Shown here piece after piece: positions 25,078 to 31,803 of a stretch of 31,803 bases of DNA. Numbering within the stretch: the first letter of the stretch is position 1; each line of letters begins with the position of its first letter. The DNA comes from a virus (Duplodnaviria > Caudoviricetes). The stretch lies in IMG/VR virus record IMGVR_UViG_3300022934_000097, positions 1 to 31,803 of that record, one strand, 5' to 3'. The position numbers and the translations under genes are program-made. Under the pieces are notes generated by a model. That model was given only the letters and a program-made list of their open reading frames with translations, was not told the origin of the DNA and ran no database searches.

Positions 25078-26097
25078 TTAGCTGGCAGGTTTCAATTCGC
25101 CTGATACAGGATCGTACTCAAGCCGCTCCGTAGTGGCGGGCGGTGTAGCTGGTGTGGCAGGTGTTGCAGACGGTGCCGGGGAAGATCCTGCGGGCGCAGT
25201 TAAGGCCTCTTCTTCCTGCAACATTGCTCTCTCAGCCTCAAGAGCGTTGATAAAACGCTGATAGTGTCGCTTCACCTTCGCAAGGTTCTCTCTCAATCTT
25301 TCTGGGCTCTGCCCTACCTGCAAAGACTCAACCGAGCTTTGCAATAGATTTAATTCACGCTCAGAGACAGAGCCGAGTGCGCCGCCCGTCTTTGATGCGT
25401 CACGCATTTCTTGCAGTCGATCAAAGGCGAGGTTGGCCTGAATGGTGTCAATCGTTGCTTGGAGGTCGAAGCCTTCGGTGCCAGGAACAATCTTTGCCAG
25501 ACTTCCTGGTCCAGAGGTGGTTTTTAGAAAACTGCCTTGATCGTCATCGAGTATGCCTATCGCGTCATCGATCTTGCCTTTCAGGTTCTCGAACTTGTAC
25601 ACCTGGTTGTCAATGAATTGCTGTCTCTTAACCGGGTCCAGTTCGGTAGAAGATTTAGACTTTGAGCCGGTCTTCAAATAATCCAATATGAACTTGGTTC
25701 GCTCTGCTCCGGTCAAGCCCTCCATTTCGGCAAGATCCATTGCCTCTCTGGTTTTGTTAGAAAACTGAGGGGTCTTTGGTTTCGGCGTGTAGCCAGGCAT
25801 TTCCTCAAAGCGCACAAACTTGCCCTGCCTGTCAAAGACCGGCTGACCGTAGCCGCCACCCTTCAGCTCGACAGGATTGCCGTACTTGTCGTTGCCGTAG
25901 TTCGCCATATCCAGAGCCGTCTGGGTGTTGGCGAGCTGGTTCCTGCGGTTGGCTATCTGGGCTGATTGGTTGCTTAGAATCTCTGCTAAAACATTCCTCT
26001 GACGCGCCTCTTCCATCTGCTTACGCTGCATAGGCGTGTAGTCGTAGATGTCTTTTGGAGCGCTTCTTAACGCAATGTAATCTCTTATGTTTGGCAT
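25078..26097 (-). CDS. Ejection/DNA-transfer protein (gp20 position)
   Basis: 339 aa; AFDRLQEMR.AS.TGGALGSVSEREL.LL motif common in podophage internal proteins. Confidence 0.65.
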   Translation of the reverse strand: MPNIRDYIALRSAPKDIYDYTPMQRKQMEEARQRNVLAEILSNQSAQIANRRNQLANTQTALDMANYGNDKYGNPVELKGGGYGQPVFDRQGKFVRFEEMPGYTPKPKTPQFSNKTREAMDLAEMEGLTGAERTKFILDYLKTGSKSKSSTELDPVKRQQFIDNQVYKFENLKGKIDDAIGILDDDQGSFLKTTSGPGSLAKIVPGTEGFDLQATIDTIQANLAFDRLQEMRDASKTGGALGSVSERELNLLQSSVESLQVGQSPERLRENLAKVKRHYQRFINALEAERAMLQEEEALTAPAGSSPAPSATPATPATPPATTERLEYDPVSGELKPAS

Positions 26098-26099
26098 GA

Positions 26100-28697
26100 T
26101 TAAATCCCGAAAAGGTCTTGGAATAGGTTGCGGTAGTAGTTGGCATCTGTCGCGCCCTTGGCAGCGTTGTAGGTTCCAACATCTCCCAATATCCCGCCGT
26201 AGGCGTCTGCAAAGTTTTGATTGACTCCGCTCATTCCTTGAGCTGCGCCAAATGCGCCGGCGGTTAGCTGCGAGAGTTTGTCGAAGTCATAGGCATCTCT
26301 CGCCCTTGCTTCAGACCCGAGCTGTGCGTTGATGTTGGCGATCTCTCCCGCTCTGGCAGATGCGATGCCTGCCGCTCGGTCTTGAAGGTCAGTCAACGTG
26401 CCGCCTGTGTTCAATCTGCCACGCGCTGCCGCGCTGTTCTCAATTGCACGACGCGCCTCGTCTTGCAGGAACTTGAGGCCAGGGTCTTCAGAATCGAACG
26501 GGTTGAGGCCAATGTCTGTGTAATCAACGGACTTCTTCGCCGCTGCTAAATACTCTGGCAGCAAGGTTCCGGTTTCAAGTAACTGCCCAGTCTCATCATC
26601 GAAGACCGCGCCCTCTGTTCCAGCCTCATAGAAAGGCCTGTAAAGGTTGAGGGTGTTTCCGTAGATGTCTTTCTGGAAGTCCAGCTCTGCTGCCGCTGCT
26701 TCGCCGTACTTGTCTGCGGCGTAATTCCTCGCAGCTTGGTCTGCCAAGACCGTGGCCAATTGGTTTGCATTTTCTCCTTCAAATATACCGCCCAAGAAGT
26801 CGAAGGCTTTTGTGAAGGCCCCCTCAAAGAAGTTCCCGATGTCCTCGAACATATTGCCGAAATCAATGTCAACGTCGCCGGTTGATACATCTCCGACGTT
26901 CCCGCCCTCGGCTGTGGCGTCGCCCCCGGTTGCGCTCGTGTCTCCAACCGAGCCACCTGTCGCGGAAGTGTCGCCAACCGAGCCGCCAGTCACGTCACCA
27001 ACTGAGCCGCCAGTGACGTCACCGACTGTCGCAGTGGTATCACCGACGGTTGAGGAAACATCGCCAACTGAGCCGCCTGTTGCGGAAGTATCGCCGACTG
27101 ACCCGCCAGCTCCACCAGCCCCACCAGCGCCACCTGCACCGCCAGCACCGCCAGTTGCAGTTGCAGAACCTCCGGCTCCCCCTTCCGCTGCAACGTCCCC
27201 GGTGATGACACGAACGTTTGAGCTTGCGTCTACGTCGCCAGTAGTCACGTCAACGTCTGAAGTACCTCCCTCCGCAGTTACGTCGCCTGTCGTCACGTCA
27301 ACGTCAGAGGTTGCAGTTGAGTCTGAGGTTATGTCTCCCGTGGTAACGTCAACGTCTGTGGTTTGGTCTCCAGTTGTTGCGGTTGCTGTGGTGTCTCCAA
27401 AGGTAACGTCTAGGATGTCGCTGATAACGTTTGAAAGGACTTGTGCCTGGTCTTGCGACATTGAGCCGCCGCCACCAGTGAGCAGACCAAAAATGCTCCC
27501 GATGATGTTCATCAGGTTGTCTTCGCCTGATGAGCCTGTCTGAGATCCTGTCTGAGAGGTGTCCGATGATCCGGTAGAGAAGACCTCTGACCAGTCGCCG
27601 TATTGCTCCTCATAATCCACATTCATATCAGGCTCTGGTTCGACCCGACCGTCTGTGTAAATTCTGTAGAGCCTGTCGCCAACCCTGATTACTTTGTAGT
27701 CCATATCTTCACCGTCTGTTGTGCCTGTGTCGGTTGTGGTGCCTCCACTGGGGAGGGTTGTAATGTCGACGCCTGAGCCGTCTGTTGAATCTGTTGAGCT
27801 GCCTTCGCCTGTGCCGCCGGCAGGAGCGGTAACCGGGTCGTTGGTTACGCCGCCATCAACTGTGTCAGTGACTGACCCGTCTGGGTTTACAACAACGGAG
27901 CCGCCGGTCTGGTTTTGATCTTCCTGGCTGTTGTTGATCGTCCCGTCCCAGTCGCCGATGTTGGCTGGAGATTCAATGCCGATCATTGGCCCCAGGATCT
28001 CCCACATCAGGTAGACAGAGCGGTAGGTCGTGTCTCCCCAAAGGGATTGGATGAAGTCGTCGACCTCTTGGATGCCGGTGTTGGGCGGCCTCCTGGGTGC
28101 GTGGGTCGGGTTGCCGTTCGCGCCGGTCAGGATGTTTGTAACGATCTGCTCGATCTGCCCCTGGGCCACTGTGTTGCCGATGGGGTTTGTGGTTCCCGTA
28201 TTTTGAGTCTGGGTGTCGGTCTGCTGGGGCTGGCTGTCTATCCACGCCTGTCCTGCCGGGGTGACCTGGCCGTTTAAAATTGACGCGGCCTCGTTCAAAA
28301 CCTGCTGGTAGTTCTCATCCCCGTACCGAACGTCGCCCTCAACGCCGAGGTGCCTTGCGGCTTGCTGTAGAGCCCAGTCAAAAAGTTGAACCCCGACGTC
28401 GATCCTAGAGGATCCAGTAAGCCCCGCGATGATGTTTGTCAGTTGGCCAGGGTATTGCGCGTTAAGCGAACCAAGGAGCTGGCCCAAGTCTTCATTAGTG
28501 ACAGAGCCAGGCTCTAAACCCAGCGTCTCCTCAATGCTCGCATTTACCTGGTCCGCGCTTTGATTGGCGAGCCGGTAAATAATGTCTGGGTTGATTGAGA
28601 AGTTTGACAACGCCGCCCTGGTTGCCCACGCGCCGCCCCAGTCGATTCCTGTGCCACCGATCTGGATCTGCTGAAGTTTCTCTAAAAAACTAGCCAC
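26100..28697 (-). CDS. gp7-like ejection protein with long N-terminal extension and low-complexity repeats
   Basis: C-terminal PFYEAG and DPGLKFLQDEARRAIENSAAARGRLNTGGTL motifs typical of P22 gp7-like DNA-transfer proteins; 865 aa. Confidence 0.7.
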   Translation of the reverse strand: MASFLEKLQQIQIGGTGIDWGGAWATRAALSNFSINPDIIYRLANQSADQVNASIEETLGLEPGSVTNEDLGQLLGSLNAQYPGQLTNIIAGLTGSSRIDVGVQLFDWALQQAARHLGVEGDVRYGDENYQQVLNEAASILNGQVTPAGQAWIDSQPQQTDTQTQNTGTTNPIGNTVAQGQIEQIVTNILTGANGNPTHAPRRPPNTGIQEVDDFIQSLWGDTTYRSVYLMWEILGPMIGIESPANIGDWDGTINNSQEDQNQTGGSVVVNPDGSVTDTVDGGVTNDPVTAPAGGTGEGSSTDSTDGSGVDITTLPSGGTTTDTGTTDGEDMDYKVIRVGDRLYRIYTDGRVEPEPDMNVDYEEQYGDWSEVFSTGSSDTSQTGSQTGSSGEDNLMNIIGSIFGLLTGGGGSMSQDQAQVLSNVISDILDVTFGDTTATATTGDQTTDVDVTTGDITSDSTATSDVDVTTGDVTAEGGTSDVDVTTGDVDASSNVRVITGDVAAEGGAGGSATATGGAGGAGGAGGAGGAGGSVGDTSATGGSVGDVSSTVGDTTATVGDVTGGSVGDVTGGSVGDTSATGGSVGDTSATGGDATAEGGNVGDVSTGDVDIDFGNMFEDIGNFFEGAFTKAFDFLGGIFEGENANQLATVLADQAARNYAADKYGEAAAAELDFQKDIYGNTLNLYRPFYEAGTEGAVFDDETGQLLETGTLLPEYLAAAKKSVDYTDIGLNPFDSEDPGLKFLQDEARRAIENSAAARGRLNTGGTLTDLQDRAAGIASARAGEIANINAQLGSEARARDAYDFDKLSQLTAGAFGAAQGMSGVNQNFADAYGGILGDVGTYNAAKGATDANYYRNLFQDLFGI
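26870..27410 (-). repeat. Coding repeats VDVTTGD / GGA / GGSVGDTSAT
   Basis: Repeats visible in the protein and in DNA (e.g. CC(A/G)AC(T/C)GA(G/C)CC(G/A)CC units; GTCACGTCAACGTC). Confidence 0.8.
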
Positions 28698-29145
28698 GGG
28701 TCGCCCTCAGCGGCTGATGTCCGATGTTTAGTTTCATGAGGCTCTTGTCCGGTAATCTAAGTGTTTCAAGGGTTGAGTCGCTCCCTCGAAGGAGCCTCGC
28801 AAAAATAGATAGGCACCTGCTGATGCTGTGATCCGCAGTCGCCTCAAATTCTTTTAATTGCCTGTGTTGCAGCCAGTGGAAGTAGGTCACGCAGTTGCGT
28901 ATGAAGTTTGGGCCGGTGTCCCCGTTGAAGACCTGCCCGTTGGCCCTGCCGTTGAACAGGTTGTAAACGAACAGCGTATTGCCAACCTGGAAGGCGTCGT
29001 CTGCGTTGTGGATTGCGTCCAGGCCCTCGGTAATCACTAGGTCCTTGTCGCCGCCCAGCCCTATGTTATCGGCAACCAGTAACAGCAAGTCGGCCATATC
29101 CAGAGTCTTGACCCTGCTGTCGACTACCTTCAAATGACGACCCAC
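28690..29145 (-). CDS. Hypothetical protein in P22 gp14 position
   Basis: 151 aa (start may be TTG 29133) immediately before the gp7-like gene. Confidence 0.6.
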   Translation of the reverse strand: MGRHLKVVDSRVKTLDMADLLLLVADNIGLGGDKDLVITEGLDAIHNADDAFQVGNTLFVYNLFNGRANGQVFNGDTGPNFIRNCVTYFHWLQHRQLKEFEATADHSISRCLSIFARLLRGSDSTLETLRLPDKSLMKLNIGHQPLRATRG

Positions 29146-29507
29146 TCGCCAGCCGCATCGAGGTAGATACAGCGCAGCACGTCGTACTGGGCTGCAATGC
29201 TCTTTGATGCCGCACCGTCTATCGTCTCAGAGCCCGCTGTGTCGACTGTTACCGCCCCGGCACCCATACGCTTGACTGTCACCTGCTGCCCGTCAGAGGG
29301 GCTCTGGTGAAGGCTGACGGTAATGCTAGACGCCGAGTCAACATCAACAACCTCAAAGCCCGCGCTGCCTGTTGTTGTGTAGGCAGCGGTCTGCTTTGAG
29401 TAGAAGGGTTTGATCAGGGTGTGGTGGTCAATAACAACCTGCCGCAGTGGCTCGACCTCCTGCGACACCGTAATTACATTTGGATCGCGGAGTCTTCTGG
29501 TTGTCAT
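29130..29507 (-). CDS. Small tail-associated beta protein
   Basis: ITVSL..SPSDGQQVTVK...AVTV...GSETIDG motif seen in phage tail/baseplate domains; AAGGA RBS. Confidence 0.6.
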   Translation of the reverse strand: MTTRRLRDPNVITVSQEVEPLRQVVIDHHTLIKPFYSKQTAAYTTTGSAGFEVVDVDSASSITVSLHQSPSDGQQVTVKRMGAGAVTVDTAGSETIDGAASKSIAAQYDVLRCIYLDAAGEWVVI

Positions 29508-29509
29508 TG

Positions 29510-29737
29510 TTATTCCTTAGCCAGCCTGGAGTTCCACAGGTCGAACAGCTCCTGAATCTTTGCCTGGTCAATTTCTGACTGCCGCTCGGCAATCCCGAGC
29601 ACAATCTTCAGTTCATTGATGTCTGCCTGGATCTGCCTGACATCTTGTGACTGCTCCTTCGCTAAAACCTCGATAGAGTCCAGCCTTGAGTTTTGCTGCA
29701 CGTCAGCCGCGAGCAGTCCTTCCTTCGGCCAGGTCAC
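29510..29737 (-). CDS. Small coiled-coil protein
   Basis: 75 aa heptad pattern, in operon. Confidence 0.6.
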   Translation of the reverse strand: MTWPKEGLLAADVQQNSRLDSIEVLAKEQSQDVRQIQADINELKIVLGIAERQSEIDQAKIQELFDLWNSRLAKE

Positions 29738-29749
29738 CCGGAAACGGGG

Positions 29750-29908
29750 TCAGTCACGGTCTCTCATCCGATTAATCAGATCAAAAAGCGTTGTGACCTT
29801 CTGCTTGAGCGTCTGGATATCTGCATGCATTGTCGCAAGCACAATCACGAGGGTCACAAAAGAAATGGCTATGGGCCACAGGCTTGAGATGGTGTCCACA
29901 GCTTCCAT
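29750..29908 (-). CDS. 52 aa single-TM + coiled-coil protein (not in ORF track)
   Basis: MEAVDTISSLWPIAISFVTLVIVLATMHADIQTLKQKVTTLFDLINRMRDRD; ATG directly follows the upstream stop. Confidence 0.7.
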   Translation of the reverse strand: MEAVDTISSLWPIAISFVTLVIVLATMHADIQTLKQKVTTLFDLINRMRDRD

Positions 29909-30127
29909 CTATGCCCACATCTTTGCCCACATCGCTACGAAAGTAGTTATCACCGTACCAATGGTTAGCCAGGCCAGCTTTTCCCATCGATCTGCGTGAT
30001 TGGTTGTTTGTCTTCTAAGTTCTTTTAATTCGGCCACGACCTCGCCGTATCTTTCTCCGCACTCTTTTTCGTGCCTAGCAATCTGCTGAAGAGCCTCCAG
30101 CGCAAGGTTGCGTTCTTCTTCGGTCAC
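29909..30127 (-). CDS. Coiled-coil + C-terminal TM protein (XhlA/holin-like)
   Basis: HEKECGERY motif, C-terminal hydrophobic helix; GTGA overlap. Confidence 0.7.
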   Translation of the reverse strand: MTEEERNLALEALQQIARHEKECGERYGEVVAELKELRRQTTNHADRWEKLAWLTIGTVITTFVAMWAKMWA

Positions 30128-30285
30128 TTCTTGGCGTTACCGACATTGAGGGCAAGCGCGTCAACAACGGGCTTGATGTACTTGGCAATAAATGCGTCGT
30201 CTTTGGTTGTGGGCGTGACGGCTGCAATTGCGCTTGCCAGGGCCACCACCGCAGTTGCGATGTTAATGATTGTCCACAAGTCCAT
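30124..30285 (-). CDS. 53 aa holin-like membrane peptide (not in ORF track)
   Basis: MDLWTIINIATAVVALASAIAAVTPTTKDDAFIAKYIKPVVDALALNVGNAKK; TAATG overlap upstream. Confidence 0.75.
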   Translation of the reverse strand: MDLWTIINIATAVVALASAIAAVTPTTKDDAFIAKYIKPVVDALALNVGNAKK

Positions 30286-30581
30286 TACCAGGGCACTCCG
30301 TTTGCTTGCGTTGGGTTCTTGTCGCTTTCGATCTTCGCAGCAATCGATGCCTCGATGCCGTCCTTGTCAACGCCATCGCTCCAACACCAGCCCAAAACCT
30401 GATCCTGCGTAAGCTGATCGTAAGGCGTGAAGTCTGGACTTGATGCGTCGTAGGTGAAACCACAAGTGCCGTAGGATGATGCAGAGTAGTCTCCGTCAAC
30501 GTCGGTAGCTCGCCAGTGGGCGACTGTTACGCCACCGTCAGCAAGAGTTCTTTCAAGTGTTGAGATTGTCCATGTAGCCAT
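30285..30581 (-). CDS. Tail-fibre-associated small protein
   Basis: 98 aa, AAGGAG RBS; W.I..LER....G.V..AHW, F.PY..LT...VLGW, GVPW; a family commonly found after fibres in aquatic phages. Confidence 0.7.
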   Translation of the reverse strand: MATWTISTLERTLADGGVTVAHWRATDVDGDYSASSYGTCGFTYDASSPDFTPYDQLTQDQVLGWCWSDGVDKDGIEASIAAKIESDKNPTQANGVPW

Positions 30582-30592
30582 TAGTTAGCTCC

Positions 30593-30820
30593 TTACAATA
30601 AACCTTGATCTTTGCAGTACTGCTCAATTTCAGAGCCAACTACGCCTTCAGGGTACGGCAAAGAATCTTTTACTTCTTGTTTCTTCTGTTGCCATTCTTC
30701 TTTGGTTATTTCACCAGCTACAAACTGTGCCATTAAAGGGTCACAAGTTTTAGCGTAATGATATACTCGTTGCGACCTAGCTGTGATGTAACTAGCTACT
30801 TCTTGATCTGTAAAAGACAT
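30593..30820 (-). CDS. Probable tail-fibre assembly/chaperone protein
   Basis: 75 aa, AAGGA RBS; R...Y....DPL.......EW.....EVK...PYP; directly after the fibre. Confidence 0.55.
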   Translation of the reverse strand: MSFTDQEVASYITARSQRVYHYAKTCDPLMAQFVAGEITKEEWQQKKQEVKDSLPYPEGVVGSEIEQYCKDQGLL

Positions 30821-30830
30821 AAAAATTTCC

Positions 30831-31803
30831 TTATCCGTCGATGCTTAGAGGTATGACGTTGGTCATGTAAGTATCACTATTAGATGCATTGATCTGGATA
30901 TTTGTACCACTTACTGAAACTGTCATAGACGTAGCCACTATAGTAGAATAAAGAGCAATAGCCGTAGTTGTAGCTCCAAATACCCCTACGAAGTTAGTCG
31001 CATAGCTACCATTTTGTCTAACTATAGATACCAGATATAGGCCGCTGCCTACTGAAGTAAACGGTACTGCGTCAGCCATATCTATCACAGTTGTGGTTAC
31101 ACCTGACGTTACAGAAACTTCGCTAGAAAGTGTTCCCGCTTGTACACCTTGACCATAACGAACAGACTTAGGAGTTCCCGCAGCAGGGCTTGTAAGAGTC
31201 CCAACCAACAAGTTGCCGCTTGCATCTAGCGTCATCTTAGGAGAACTGCCTATCTCAAATACATGAGGCAATGAAGAAACGCTGTTGTATGTAACCTGCG
31301 TTTGCTCTGCGCTTATTTCATAGCCGTTAGCGCCTGTGTACTCTAAACGCAAAGTTGCTGTTGCAGATGTTCTTTGTATTTCTAAGCCTGAACCAGTACT
31401 AAAAGTTGGAGTGCTACTGCCAATACCAACGTCGCCGTCTGAGTCGATGCGCATGCGTTCTGTGTTAGAACCGCTGGCAGGAGCGGTGCTAAAGGTTATG
31501 TTGCCGTCACCATTAAAACTTGTAGATGTTCCTACAATAGAAGCTCTTGTTCCGCTAGCTCCTGTAGATGAGTCATTAGATTTAAAATGAATTGCACCCC
31601 ATTGCTGTCCATTAACAGCAGTAGCAGTATTTTCAAGTGTTAGAGTAGGGCCAGCCGCAGTAATGTTAGCTTTTATGTCTACGTTGCCGCTTGCGTCGAT
31701 GCGCATGCGTTCGGTGATGGACGAAGGAGCGCCTGTTGCAAACCGTAGTCCAACACCGCCCGATGCGTTTTCTGCTGCCGCTTCAATTTTTGCAGCTACC
31801 CCA
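30831..31803 (-). CDS. Tail fibre, C-terminal part (open to right end)
   Basis: Frame of track ORF 30831..31706 stays open to 31802 (GVAAKIEAAAENASGGVGLRFATGAPSSITERMRIDASGNV...); repeated ERMRID.SG.V.I modules. Confidence 0.85.
   Translation of the reverse strand, partial: GVAAKIEAAAENASGGVGLRFATGAPSSITERMRIDASGNVDIKANITAAGPTLTLENTATAVNGQQWGAIHFKSNDSSTGASGTRASIVGTSTSFNGDGNITFSTAPASGSNTERMRIDSDGDVGIGSSTPTFSTGSGLEIQRTSATATLRLEYTGANGYEISAEQTQVTYNSVSSLPHVFEIGSSPKMTLDASGNLLVGTLTSPAAGTPKSVRYGQGVQAGTLSSEVSVTSGVTTTVIDMADAVPFTSVGSGLYLVSIVRQNGSYATNFVGVFGATTTAIALYSTIVATSMTVSVSGTNIQINASNSDTYMTNVIPLSIDG

Noticed and set aside
26752-27543. 263 aa Pro/Ser/Val-rich plus-strand ORF
   Set aside because: Antisense mirror of the Gly/Thr/Asp repeats; no RBS or promoter evidence.
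30831-31803. Diversity-generating retroelement or invertible fibre cassette
   Set aside because: No reverse transcriptase, no TR/VR pair with adenine-specific mismatches, and no serine invertase seen.
1-31803. Alternative genetic code, rRNA/tRNA genes, IS elements, auxiliary metabolic genes
   Set aside because: The standard code gives dense, coupled ORFs, and no supporting motifs for the others were seen.

Overview
The window appears to be an almost complete, circularly permuted genome of a temperate P22/lambdoid-type podophage, probably infecting a proteobacterium, cut inside its tail-fibre gene. The fibre ORF starts at 1713, runs off the left end and resumes at the right end. The minus strand carries cro, an O-like replication initiator with iterons, a nin-like region and a late regulator. 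It continues through a pR'/tR'-like element, M15 endolysin and holin, terminases, portal, scaffold, P22-type coat, gp4/gp10-like tail genes, tail fibre, small membrane proteins and three ejection-protein-like genes. The plus strand carries cI, ERF/YqaJ recombination genes, xis, a tyrosine integrase and an intact attP, plus a small moron-like cassette. The most unusual parts are: (i) a block between portal and scaffold with three very basic micro-proteins, a Q/P/G/M-rich protein and a stand-alone ADP-ribosyltransferase-like (ART-PolyVal-type) protein; (ii) a greatly extended gp7-like ejection protein with G/T/D/V repeats; (iii) structured non-coding elements, including a hairpin with an anti-Shine-Dalgarno-like loop; (iv) an attP core encoding a GroEL-tail-like peptide. 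All family calls come from motif recognition by eye; no database searches were run.
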